From NCBI GenBank assembly GCA_020184695.1, contig JAANOX010000042.1:1-64000 (forward strand): a DNA stretch of 64,000 nucleotides. Reading direction: 5' to 3'. Position 1 is the stretch's first letter; each line of letters opens with the position of its first letter. Origin of the DNA: Histomonas meleagridis 2922-C6/04-290x (taxonomy: Eukaryota > Protista > Parabasalia). Shown one piece after another: positions 51,567-61,946 of this stretch. A model generated the notes under the pieces. That model saw only the letters and a program-made list of their open reading frames with translations. It did no database searches and was not told the origin of the DNA. A program made the position numbers and the translations under genes.

Positions 51567-52301
51567 TCACATATAAGTGAAGTTGAATTTTCCAAAATCA
51601 TTACCAGTCGTCATCCAAATCTGGCCAACGCCAGCATCACCTAACATCATAGAGAAATTCTTATCGTCTTCAATGTTTGCTAAATAAACATATCCTTCAC
51701 CAACATCATATTGGCCTTCTTGGAAGTAAGGATATCCAAGGAGATGTGATTTTGCAGCATATCTGTTACGAACATCTTTAACAAATTCTTCCATTTCAAG
51801 ATCATCTAATCCACTTTCACGAAGTTTTTCATAATATTCCTCACTTGTTGCATCGAAATCAACGAACTCTTCCCATCTTTCAATGAGGGTTGGCTCAATT
51901 TTTGCATTAGCAATTGGTTCCTTAACAATAAGTTTATCAAATTGATCAGGAGTAAATATTAAAACTTCAATTGTATCTTCTTCATTAGATGACATGCATT
52001 CTGTACAATATAAAAACTCTACTAAAGCATTTTGATAGTTTTCAGGGAAAAATGCTTTGACTGGAGCTGGTGCATTTGAAAGATTCAAAGACAAAAGAAC
52101 TTCTTTAACTTGATGGCACTCAGAGCATTGAGGAACTTCTTTTTCTGGGAGATAAAAAATAGAACCTCCAAATTTTGAATCTAAAGGAGATGTAGAATTT
52201 TGCTTTTTGCAAACAGGATAATAACCTATTTTTGTGAAATTGTTCCTTTCGAAGAAATTCCACATCTCCTGTTCTTTGTTGTTTTGCAAAGTTGGTTTCA
52301 T
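51567..52301 (-). CDS. YwqG/DUF1963-like protein
   Basis: SKFGGSIFY, HLLGYPYFQEG, MMLGDAGVGQIW. Initiator TCACTT lies upstream. Confidence 0.75.
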   Translation of the reverse strand: MKPTLQNNKEQEMWNFFERNNFTKIGYYPVCKKQNSTSPLDSKFGGSIFYLPEKEVPQCSECHQVKEVLLSLNLSNAPAPVKAFFPENYQNALVEFLYCTECMSSNEEDTIEVLIFTPDQFDKLIVKEPIANAKIEPTLIERWEEFVDFDATSEEYYEKLRESGLDDLEMEEFVKDVRNRYAAKSHLLGYPYFQEGQYDVGEGYVYLANIEDDKNFSMMLGDAGVGQIWMTTGNDFGKFNFTYM

Positions 52302-52391
52302 AAAGTGAAGTCATTTCAATAGTTTATATTAAACATATCAATGCAAAAACAGTCAAAAAATTCACAATCAATGTGAATTTATACTTTGAAA

Positions 52392-53381
52392 ATGAAACCA
52401 AAACAATCCCTTTCATCCAAGGATTTCCAAATCCTTGAAACGTTAGGGACAGGTACATTTTCTAATGTGTATCATGCCGTACATATTTCTACAGGCATTC
52501 ATGTTGCACTCAAACGCTTATTTTGGAACAATTCACCTGATCGAATTGTTAATGAAGTACGATGGTTTCTTCAAATAGATCATCCTAACATTGTAAAAGC
52601 GCTTGCTATATTCAGAGAAGAAGATCAAGCCACTATAGTTTTTGAGTATGTTCAACATGTTCAATTTCGTCAACTTCTATCTATCATGAAATGTGACATG
52701 ATCAAAGACTATTTCCGTGGTCTTCTTAGTGCTCTTAATTATGCACATCAACATTCAATAATTCACAGAGATGTCAAACCAGCCAATTATCTTTTTAATC
52801 CTGAAACTCGGCATGGTAGCCTTATAGATTTTGGTCTCAGTGAAGAAAATCTTCATATTGAGCCACAACCCATTAGTATTGATTTAACATCAGATCCAAT
52901 TCCCAATGATGACAATGATGCTGAACTCAATTACCCCGAACAATTCCAACGCCGTCCCAAGATGGTTGCCAATCGTGCAGGTACGCGCGGCTTTCGTGCA
53001 CCCGAAGTATTAATGTCTGCATTTAACCAAAGTGCTCTCATCGACATATGGAGCGCCGGCGTCATTCTCTTATCCATCATTACGCATCGCTATCCCTTTT
53101 TTAAGTCTCCAGATGATCTCACAGCGCTTTGCGAAATCAGTGTAATTTTTGGCACGCAGAAATTACATGAGACAGCGCGAGAATGCGGTCGAAAGATAAA
53201 GTTTCCGAAAGAAATAGAGCCATTAAATCTGAGAGAAATGTGTTATGGGTTAAACGCATATATTAATGAGTTGGAATTAGATGAAAGTGTGTTCGACCTG
53301 TTAGAGAAAATGCTTGAGCCAAGGCCAAGCCAAAGGATAACTGCGGAACAAGCATTGAACCATCCGTTTTTATTGGAATAG
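52392..53381 (+). CDS. CDC7: Cdc7 (DDK) kinase
   Basis: GTGTFSNVY, NNSPDRIVNE, HRDVKPANYLF, DFGLSE, ANRAGTRGFRAPEVL, RYPFFKSPDDLTAL. Confidence 0.92.
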   Translation: MKPKQSLSSKDFQILETLGTGTFSNVYHAVHISTGIHVALKRLFWNNSPDRIVNEVRWFLQIDHPNIVKALAIFREEDQATIVFEYVQHVQFRQLLSIMKCDMIKDYFRGLLSALNYAHQHSIIHRDVKPANYLFNPETRHGSLIDFGLSEENLHIEPQPISIDLTSDPIPNDDNDAELNYPEQFQRRPKMVANRAGTRGFRAPEVLMSAFNQSALIDIWSAGVILLSIITHRYPFFKSPDDLTALCEISVIFGTQKLHETARECGRKIKFPKEIEPLNLREMCYGLNAYINELELDESVFDLLEKMLEPRPSQRITAEQALNHPFLLE

Positions 53382-53782
53382 ATATAAAATAATATGTTTG
53401 ACTAAATTTGATTTATTTTAAAAAACGAAATTTGCATTCTGTATATTGATATATAACTTTTTGTTGGATAATCATATATAAAAGCAGTAGATCTACAGTT
53501 TATTTGTAAATTTAGGTAAATTGTAAAGAAAAATAAATTTTCTTTTACATAAATAATTACATATATATTGCTTAGGATATTAATTTGTATTATTACTTAA
53601 AATGAATTTTAATAATTTGATATTTCAAAATTATTTGGAGAATGTTTATTATAATATTCAAACATAAACAAAAATTTGTTTAACTTTTTCCAGTGTCAGC
53701 CTTTCTTCATCAATGTAATTCCACTTTTTTGAATTGAATTATTTATTGAAATAAGACATGTTATGTGAAGAAAAAAGTGAGG

Positions 53783-54997
53783 ATGGAAGAGGTCGAAGCG
53801 ATTCTAGCCTCAGACCAAATACAAAATGAAGATAAGTTTCAAAAACTTATAGAAACAAAAGCGTTTAAATTATCTCCCACAGGGGTTTCTGCTTTTATTG
53901 TTCATTTTTTCCTCCAATTTCCGAATGGAAACGAATTGCTTTATAACATGATTTCTGCAATTTTTACGCATCACGAAGCAATCGGTGTCGATACTATATT
54001 AGAAATTATTTTGTTTTGGCTTAGAAGTTCTGATGAAAATTCAATAGAATATCAAATAGAATTTCTTGAAAATTTTGCTGCACATATTAGACAACTAATT
54101 AATTTGGAAGCTAAACCAGGGTCAAACATCCCAAAGTTGATAATCCATACTTTACTCGAGAAATGTTCATTTTTCATTCTTCCAGATCCAAGTACAGACA
54201 TCGTTGAAACAATGAAATCCAGGGAACTCCTTGAAAATACCACCAAGTTCAACCGAATGGAAAATTCTTTTGCTTTAAAAGGTCGAATACTTTTAGCTGC
54301 ATCCAAATTATTTCCTGTATTAGTTGAAAAGCCAGCACCAAAGAAGCAGCAAACAAATGAATTTGAGGTTGATAAAGATGAATCACTAATCTCACAAGCG
54401 CTCAAAAAGTCATCATCAAATCCAACAAATCCCCTAATTTTTAAAAGCGTTGCGCGTTTCTTGAAGAACGCTAAGTGTGTTTCGTATGAAAACAGAATCA
54501 AAAGACCACCAGCTAGAGTTTTAACATCGCTTGAAGGAATTAGTTCACAACAGCTTCAAGATCCTGAAGTATGTCTCCAAATCGCCATAATGTGTGTGAT
54601 TTTGCAACCGCCTGAAGATACAACCTTTGATGGCTTTGTTAAGGATTTTGCTTCATTATGTAAAATCGATGGGAAAATGATCCTTGATTTAGTGAAAAGC
54701 TCCATACAAACTACACTCCCAGATGTGTCCGATATGGACAAATTCCGATTTATGCAGGGAGAACCCCACGAAGAGGAAGAAGAAAAATTTGAACCAATTC
54801 TGCGACCGTTTGATGTCACTTTTCCCGATGAAACAAATCCAATGATAGAAATTTCAACAGAAAATACAATATTAGACGAAAATAATCTTAATGATTTGTT
54901 TTCTGATGATAGTTTTTATGAATGGAGAAATGCTCGATATTGTGTAGCAAATTGTATCGACAGGTTAGATCCCAATTCTTTTTCATTTTTACAATAA
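53783..54997 (+). CDS. Divergent THO complex subunit 1 (THOC1/Hpr1)-like protein
   Basis: KGRILLAASKLFP resembles THOC1 CGRIQLFLARLFP; ARVLTS...QLQDP resembles AKFLTS...QLSDS; WRN near the C-terminus. Confidence 0.6.
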   Translation: MEEVEAILASDQIQNEDKFQKLIETKAFKLSPTGVSAFIVHFFLQFPNGNELLYNMISAIFTHHEAIGVDTILEIILFWLRSSDENSIEYQIEFLENFAAHIRQLINLEAKPGSNIPKLIIHTLLEKCSFFILPDPSTDIVETMKSRELLENTTKFNRMENSFALKGRILLAASKLFPVLVEKPAPKKQQTNEFEVDKDESLISQALKKSSSNPTNPLIFKSVARFLKNAKCVSYENRIKRPPARVLTSLEGISSQQLQDPEVCLQIAIMCVILQPPEDTTFDGFVKDFASLCKIDGKMILDLVKSSIQTTLPDVSDMDKFRFMQGEPHEEEEEKFEPILRPFDVTFPDETNPMIEISTENTILDENNLNDLFSDDSFYEWRNARYCVANCIDRLDPNSFSFLQ

Positions 54998-55388
54998 AAT
55001 ATAAAAACTTGTAACCATATTAAGCCCAAAGTAACCCAATTCAAATCCAATAATTGTTTCATATATAATTAATTTTATTACTTCTTTTCCTTATTGCTTG
55101 AAGATAACATGTTCTTAATAATTTCAGCATATAAGCTCTTAATAAAATTATGTTAGTTTTAGAATTTGTTTAAAATGCTGAGAAGATAAAAAATTTACAA
55201 CATATTTTATCGTTATGAACACAGCATTGAATTCCCTCAAAACTTTTGAATTCATTTCCATTACGATAACAAATTTCTATGAACGATCGTAATTTCAATA
55301 CTCCGGAAACTATTTTTTCTTTCAATTTCCTATCGGCAAATACAACGAAAACCTTTTTTCCCCAAAATTTTTATAAAAATATTCGACC

Positions 55389-56633
55389 TCAAAGGAGGTA
55401 CATTTCGCTTTTTGGCACCTTTGCAACCACGTTACTTTCATCTATACATTCGTAAGTTGCGTCTTCTTCATTCTCCTTTACGACAGCAACGAATCTTTCG
55501 TTATTCACAGCAAAATTCGGGTCTTTATATGAAGCCTTAAGGACGCCGAGCTTACTCCCAATGACCTCGACAAACGAAGATGGCACAAACCCAATTTTGC
55601 CCCATCCGCAGAGCAGCGCGAGGATCCAATCTTTGCCGCTCTCCATTTGCTCCATCAGATATATCCTTCGGCCCTTCTCGAGCGGCAACTCGCTTGCGGA
55701 TTCGGGGCGGAAGTTCGCCTTCGCGACGGCGGCCTGCAGTGGGAAGTAAAGGAATTTGAACCTTGGAATGTAGATGCGATCTGGCATTGTGAATCGACTC
55801 GAGAACTTGAAGCGCTCGAAATGAGGAACTTCAATATCGACAAAGTGGAAGTTGGCGGACTTAGTAAATGAGTTAAAGTCGGAATCGAAGTCGATTTTGG
55901 AACAAAGCTCATTAAGCTTATTGGATGTGACTTGAATGGATTGGACAAGAACACCAACCTTCTCAAGGTAAGGCTTAAAGACTCTTTGACAAAGTTCTGA
56001 CTTGGCTTGTACTTCACTCTCATTGATGGAATTGATATGGCGAGATGTGGCTGACTCCATCTCATCAGTGGAAACTTTAAGGGCTTCACGTGCAGGAAGG
56101 AAATCGCCAAGACACTTGGAATAGCTTTGCCAAAGGTTGGTAAGAGTTCTCTTCATTGAAGATTTTGATGTTTTTTGTGCAATTGACTTTGAAACGTAAT
56201 CATTGATTTTGTTTGCAGCATCAAGAAGTTGTGTGTGATATGTAAAAGTTGTGGTAACTAATTGCTTATCAATATCTTCTGAGGTATTTACACGCATATC
56301 AGAAATGGATTTGTTCTTCTGCCTTTTTTCAAGTATCTCTTTTAAGGCAGCAAACTCTTCGTTCTTAAAACATGTCGCAAAATTGGTATATGCTGCATGA
56401 ATTGACTCCATGGTGATAGAAATTTGCCAAACTGCATCAAATAGCGAACCTGGAAAGCCAGGTATGTAATCTTCTACTGACTGTGGATTATAACGACTTT
56501 GTTGCAAATCAAATGATGGTTGTCCATATTTTTTGAAAAGTTCAATTGTTTGTTCACATATCTTAACAATTAGGTTGTATTCCCTGGTTGCAGATTCGAA
56601 ATGTGAGTCGATTACTTCTTTCTTTGACATCAT
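55389..56633 (-). CDS. F-BAR/BAR-like protein with an SH3 domain and a degenerate second SH3
   Basis: Helical N-terminal ~300 aa; AVAKANF..ELPLEKG..W..GFVPSSFVE. Confidence 0.8.
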   Translation of the reverse strand: MMSKKEVIDSHFESATREYNLIVKICEQTIELFKKYGQPSFDLQQSRYNPQSVEDYIPGFPGSLFDAVWQISITMESIHAAYTNFATCFKNEEFAALKEILEKRQKNKSISDMRVNTSEDIDKQLVTTTFTYHTQLLDAANKINDYVSKSIAQKTSKSSMKRTLTNLWQSYSKCLGDFLPAREALKVSTDEMESATSRHINSINESEVQAKSELCQRVFKPYLEKVGVLVQSIQVTSNKLNELCSKIDFDSDFNSFTKSANFHFVDIEVPHFERFKFSSRFTMPDRIYIPRFKFLYFPLQAAVAKANFRPESASELPLEKGRRIYLMEQMESGKDWILALLCGWGKIGFVPSSFVEVIGSKLGVLKASYKDPNFAVNNERFVAVVKENEEDATYECIDESNVVAKVPKSEMYLL

Positions 56634-57015
56634 GGAAGGAAATTTTTGCTGTAAAAACTTACGAAAAAGCGGTTATGATAAACAAACGGTCGCTAAATTT
56701 TTAAACTCCACAGTACGAGAAAGGAACGAAATTACCAAAAACCATATATAGTTCTTTCAATATTATAAAATATTATTTCTTATTTTGAAATGGGTTTATC
56801 AATCATGGATTTCTGAAAAAAATTGCTTGATCAATTTTTTTCAACTAGACTAAATTATGAGTTATAAAAATATTTCAAGAACTAAATCTTATCATTTATC
56901 TTCATGTGCTCTAAGATAAATTCTACCATTACGATTCTAGGAACATTTATGCTTTTGAATTCAATTCAATTCAATTGGCCGATAGAGAATTCCATTAGAA
57001 ACATCGAATCCTGTT

Positions 57016-59907
57016 TTGATTTCGATTGGCTCTTCAATTAATTATGTTTTTAATGTAACAAAGGCAAATCAAAAGTCTTTATTACTTTCGGCATCAGGTG
57101 GTTGGTTTTTAGTAAGAATAATAATTTTATTGACTCAATTTCAAATCGATGAATTAAACAAAAAATATCATGTCTTTTTTAAATCACAAGATATGATCCA
57201 ACCAGGATGGTATCAAATGTACTTGAATGAAACTCAAATTAATTATTTATTAAAAAATAAAATTGCCGAATTATATCCTTTTCGAAATAATAACAAAGTC
57301 AATCTAAATCATGACTCTTATTTGGTATATGCACATTCGGAATGGGATCCAGGGATTCCATTTTTAAAATTATCAGATAATTTATACTCAATTTCAAATA
57401 TATCAAATGTTATATATGATAAGCAAGTTTTACATATAAGTGAGCATACTAAGCCAAAGCTTGAAAATATTTATTCTGCTGGTTTCCTTCAAACAGGAAA
57501 TAGATATCCTTCTATTGAAAATGACAGATACAGAATTCCAAGACCTCTACATCTTATTGGGTTAGACGGGAAAGGACAAGTTGTTACTGTAGCTGATACA
57601 GGTGTTGATACGAATCATTGTTTTTTCTTTGATCCAAATACGCCAGTTACATATGGTAAAATCAATTTAAAACATCGTAAAATTATTCTTTATGATAACA
57701 TTGCAGATAAGTACGATCCTGAAAATGGACATGGTTCTCATGTTTGTGGCATCATTGCTGGCAAATCTTTTTGTTCTCATTGTGGTATTTCTTCTTTTGA
57801 TGGTATTGCTCCAGGAGCACTTCTTTATATGCATGATTTAGGAGATCTTAAAAAAGGTTCACAAGATTTTGGTGATGTTTCTCTTCCATTTTACGTTGAA
57901 AGGATGGAGTACGTTAACTCACATATATCGTCGAATAGTTGGGGCTTTGCAAAACAACATGAAAATGTTCGTCAAGCATATTCTGAAGCTGCGTATTATC
58001 ATTCCGATAAAATATTTATATTTGCTTGTGGTAATAGTGGGAAACCATATACAATTTTTGTCCCAGCTAATTCAAAAAATGTATTATCAATTGGATCAAT
58101 TTCAACTATTTATCAACCACCAAAAGGTAATTCATATTATTTAATTGTGGATAATCAAAAATTTAAACTTAACCAAGTTTGTGGTGATTCAATTTATGAA
58201 TCAATATTTCTAAATCCATCGATTTTTATTATCAATATGCCAATTGTATTTAATAAGACCGAAGCCATAAATGGAACAATTTTTATTTCTAATGAAAATA
58301 TTGATATTTCATTAATAAACTCGAGTATAATTATATTAAAAAAACAAAAGAACAAAAAATGCCCTTCAAATTCATCAAAACTAATATTATATATGGAAAA
58401 TCCAATAAATATTAATTCGACAGATCCAAAAGGCACAATTATACCTTATTTAAATGAAAACCTTTCACCTCTAACTAAACATGGCTTATCTTCGCAAGGT
58501 CCAACAGAACTTGGATATATAAAACCAGAAATTGTTGTACCTGGTTCACGTATTACAAGTGCACGTGCGCAAAATCCTCTTAAACCAATTAAAGCCACAT
58601 GTTCCACAGCTGAATTATCTGTTAAATCAGGAACGTCAATGGCTGCTCCTGCAGCTGCAGGACTTATTGCAATTGTTCGCCAATATTTTGTTGATAAATG
58701 GTTCCCATATTTAACAGAAAACACTGGAGTAGAAGTAATTCCTTCTTCAAGTTTAATGAAAGCATTTATCATAAATAGTGCAAATCCTTTTTTAGATCCA
58801 TTAATAACAGGATTTGGTATACCTGTTCTTTATGAAGGTTTAGGATTTACTGGTTATGGAATTCGATTTATTAATAATATTTCAATTGGTTCTAATCAAC
58901 ATCATTTATATAATATTTTAATTACGAATAATTCGATGCAATTAAAAATTACTATGTCATATTTGGACCCACCTTTACCTTCGTCAACATTTTTACCATT
59001 ATTTGCTGATCTTGATTTAGTTATAGTTGATCCGAATGGTACTGTTTATCATGGCAATGATTTAAATGATGAATTTTCGACAACCGAAAAAGTTATTATT
59101 CAGAATCCATCAATTGGCAATTATGAAATTCATGTTATTTCTTCTAATTATCCATTAAATACTGTTGCTTTATATTCTATTGTAATTCATGGCGGATTTA
59201 ATATTACTGATTTTAATGAAAATCCATTGTTTTTAAATAAAACAATTCCTCAAAATTGTAATTTTAAATGTAAATCGGGAAAATGTAAAAATGGAATTTG
59301 TGTTTGTGATTCAAATTCACATGGATTTAATTGTAATGTTCCAATTGATGATGTCATTATAGGAAAAGTTTATCATATTGACGTAATGCCTCGAATTGTT
59401 TATTACAAAAAGTTTTTCCCTTATGATAAAAACATTTCCGTTTCCTTTAAATGTTATAATAATCAACATAATTGTATTATATGTTTTAACTTTGACCTCG
59501 TTCCTGCTAAACTTACAGAGCCTGGAAACATTTGTTATACGCATAATGAATCAAATGAAAAGATTATTTCATTTGATGATGAAAATTTAGCAAAAATTAA
59601 AAAAGGAAAACCAATTCACGTTTCGATGTATGCAATAACAGACCAAAAATCATATATCGAATTTAAGGTTTTGGGGAAAGTTTATGATGCTTATGGTGAT
59701 AGTATTAATAATTATCAAAGAGCAATTGTCATTTTAGTGTTAATAATTATTGTTTTGATTGTTATTATTATTGTTTTTATTTTTGTAATGAAAAGAAAAA
59801 TAAATGAGTTCGATGAGAATATGGTACAAGTTGATCATCATAATGCTGAAGAATTGATTCCAATCGAAATAGACGAACAAAAGGATGGAGAAGAAGAAGA
59901 TGAATAA
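57016..59907 (+). CDS. Second membrane-anchored subtilisin-like S8 peptidase; 5' end unresolved
   Basis: VADTGVD, HGSHVCGIIAG, FACGN, SGTSMAAP; EGF-like Cys module; C-terminal TM. First in-frame ATG is only at 57193. Confidence 0.9.
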   Translation: MISIGSSINYVFNVTKANQKSLLLSASGGWFLVRIIILLTQFQIDELNKKYHVFFKSQDMIQPGWYQMYLNETQINYLLKNKIAELYPFRNNNKVNLNHDSYLVYAHSEWDPGIPFLKLSDNLYSISNISNVIYDKQVLHISEHTKPKLENIYSAGFLQTGNRYPSIENDRYRIPRPLHLIGLDGKGQVVTVADTGVDTNHCFFFDPNTPVTYGKINLKHRKIILYDNIADKYDPENGHGSHVCGIIAGKSFCSHCGISSFDGIAPGALLYMHDLGDLKKGSQDFGDVSLPFYVERMEYVNSHISSNSWGFAKQHENVRQAYSEAAYYHSDKIFIFACGNSGKPYTIFVPANSKNVLSIGSISTIYQPPKGNSYYLIVDNQKFKLNQVCGDSIYESIFLNPSIFIINMPIVFNKTEAINGTIFISNENIDISLINSSIIILKKQKNKKCPSNSSKLILYMENPININSTDPKGTIIPYLNENLSPLTKHGLSSQGPTELGYIKPEIVVPGSRITSARAQNPLKPIKATCSTAELSVKSGTSMAAPAAAGLIAIVRQYFVDKWFPYLTENTGVEVIPSSSLMKAFIINSANPFLDPLITGFGIPVLYEGLGFTGYGIRFINNISIGSNQHHLYNILITNNSMQLKITMSYLDPPLPSSTFLPLFADLDLVIVDPNGTVYHGNDLNDEFSTTEKVIIQNPSIGNYEIHVISSNYPLNTVALYSIVIHGGFNITDFNENPLFLNKTIPQNCNFKCKSGKCKNGICVCDSNSHGFNCNVPIDDVIIGKVYHIDVMPRIVYYKKFFPYDKNISVSFKCYNNQHNCIICFNFDLVPAKLTEPGNICYTHNESNEKIISFDDENLAKIKKGKPIHVSMYAITDQKSYIEFKVLGKVYDAYGDSINNYQRAIVILVLIIIVLIVIIIVFIFVMKRKINEFDENMVQVDHHNAEELIPIEIDEQKDGEEEDE

Positions 59908-60067
59908 AATGTTTATATTTTTTGGAATTTTGTTTTGTTTCATTACTTATAAAATATATTATCGATAATTGATGATTTAAAAAATGAATGTGAAGCCAAA
60001 GTCTCAAAGAGTTTATGAATAAAATAGTTTTGGTGTATTTTTATTTTACTTAAAAGTTGTTTCTCGC

Positions 60068-60220
60068 TTATTTTGTATCTTTCTTTGCAAGAAGATATGT
60101 TGGATCAACTGGTAATTTAATATTATCATTGTGCTTGATACAAATAGGGCAGCGCCATTCGAATGGTTTAGTCATTTCATATCCGCAAACAGGGCATTTT
60201 TCTTTAGTAACTCCGGGCAT
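60068..60220 (-). CDS. Putative 50-aa CxxC...CxxC zinc-ribbon microprotein
   Basis: MPGVTKEKCPVCGYEMTKPFEWRCPICIKHNDNIKLPVDPTYLLAKKDTK*; below the track's 60-aa cutoff. Confidence 0.4.
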   Translation of the reverse strand: MPGVTKEKCPVCGYEMTKPFEWRCPICIKHNDNIKLPVDPTYLLAKKDTK

Positions 60221-60494
60221 GTGCTATAATGGTCATAAAATTCACAATGTCTGTTTGATCTTCCAAATGCCAAAGAATTCGCATATCTTTCAACTTATTT
60301 TAAGATAAATACATCGTATGTACTCAATTGCTTTTTACTCGCTTATGGTTTTGGTAACCATTGCTTAGGAAGGACTATCGTTTTATTGATACTATTTATT
60401 GAAATGAGATTTCCCTTTTTAGTTATATTTTAATTTGAAAACAAATAAAATTCTATAGTTATAAATTAATTTATTTAAAAAATATTTGTTTTGT

Positions 60495-61262
60495 TTATTG
60501 ATAAATACGTGTTCCAAGATTTCCGATATAATCAAATGTATCAACGAAAAATTTTATTACTTTTCCTGCAATTGAATCTTCTGGGAAATTAAGGTGTTTG
60601 AACCACCTTCCAATTGATCCCCAAACAGCAAGATGATTTGTGCTTGTTACATAACTGAATAAAACAATCCAAAAAGCAAATACAGCAAATGTCAAAATGG
60701 AGATAAATGAAAAATCTGTGAACATTAATACTAAGTATTGGAACAAAAGAATGATATCAAGGATTGCTGGTACCTTTGCTAAAATAGTATTAGATGTTAC
60801 ACTGCGAATTCTTTCACTTATAGATGGATCAGTTTCTCCGACTAATGGAATTAAATCACTTAAAATGTAATTCAAAATATTGATTCCTAATGTTATGATG
60901 TAGAATATAACTAAAAGGATTGGTGTAGCTTTTGAGAAACTGATTAAAAGCAAGAATATAATGTAGTGAAAATGAATAGATAATAATAACAATTTTGGAG
61001 TGAACTTATTGTTATTATTATTTAACATGTTTTCTACAAGACCTATAGCGTGTTGTAGTATTGTAGTGACTATAAAAAGTATTCGAAAAACTTTGAATGT
61101 TTTACCAGTTCCAAATGTCAAAAGTAATAAGCAGGCAAAAATTAGCGCTGCAAAAGAACAAATATGGTAAAGGTGGTGTGATAAACTTGAAGGCAAAATT
61201 TCATCTGGTTTGTTTTGTTGATTTTCGAGAAGCGGGCTGTTTTCATTAACGTCTTCGTCCAT
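60495..61262 (-). CDS. TMEM33/Pom33-like multi-pass membrane protein
   Basis: Five to six hydrophobic segments; LLLSIHFHYIIF resembles LLEDSCHYLLY; SYVTSTNHLAVW resembles the Pom33 C-terminal amphipathic region. Confidence 0.6.
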   Translation of the reverse strand: MDEDVNENSPLLENQQNKPDEILPSSLSHHLYHICSFAALIFACLLLLTFGTGKTFKVFRILFIVTTILQHAIGLVENMLNNNNNKFTPKLLLLSIHFHYIIFLLLISFSKATPILLVIFYIITLGINILNYILSDLIPLVGETDPSISERIRSVTSNTILAKVPAILDIILLFQYLVLMFTDFSFISILTFAVFAFWIVLFSYVTSTNHLAVWGSIGRWFKHLNFPEDSIAGKVIKFFVDTFDYIGNLGTRIYQ

Positions 61263-61664
61263 TTTATGTCACTTTTCTTATTCATATATGAAACTTGTGG
61301 ACACAAGTTTTGGATATCTTTCTTTTCTTATGAGAGGTTTCATAGAAATCTAAGACATAAACGTAATGCACACTCATCCCTATAAAATTAATGAATAAAC
61401 TTTAAACTTTTAAGTTAAAACTGTATGATTATAAAAAAATTATTTTCTTAAAAATATTAAAATTAATAAAAAATATTCAAACTAAGAAATAAAAAGTATA
61501 TACTTGAAGACATTTATCAATATTTTTATAAATTTAATAAATTTTTATTAAATATTTAATGAATAAATAAAAAATTATTCTGAATTATATATAGATCTTC
61601 ACATATATTGTAAAAACCGTAAAAAATTATAATTATAGATATAATTTTCAAACAATTCATGTAA

Positions 61665-61736
61665 GGGTGTGTAGCTCAGTGGTAGAGCGCTACATTTGCA
61701 TTGTAGAGGCCTGGGGTTCGATCCCCCACACATCCA
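61665..61736 (+). tRNA. tRNA-Ala(TGC)
   Basis: 72-nt cloverleaf with G3:U70, CTACA-TTTGCAT-TGTAG, a GTTCGA T-loop and a T-run terminator. Confidence 0.97.
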
Positions 61737-61891
61737 TTTTTTAAATTTTTTGGGATATGAAACATCTCACTTTTTAGGAAAGAGTTATTCACTTTTGTAT
61801 TTTTCTTGGAAAAACTATCGCCCGGTGACAAGTAAAGTTCTGTAAATGAAATATTGAATAGTTTATGAAGTGGTGAATTGATTGGATGATG

Positions 61892-61919
61892 TTCACCGAG
61901 CATTTAAATCTCCGGTGAA
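61892..61919. repeat. 28-bp near-perfect dyad TTCACCG-AGC-ATTTAAAT-CTC-CGGTGAA
   Basis: 7-bp perfect outer arms and a palindromic 8-bp core, 27 nt upstream of ATG 61947. Confidence 0.7.
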
Positions 61920-61946
61920 AAGTTTCTTTAGATAATCATTTTTATA

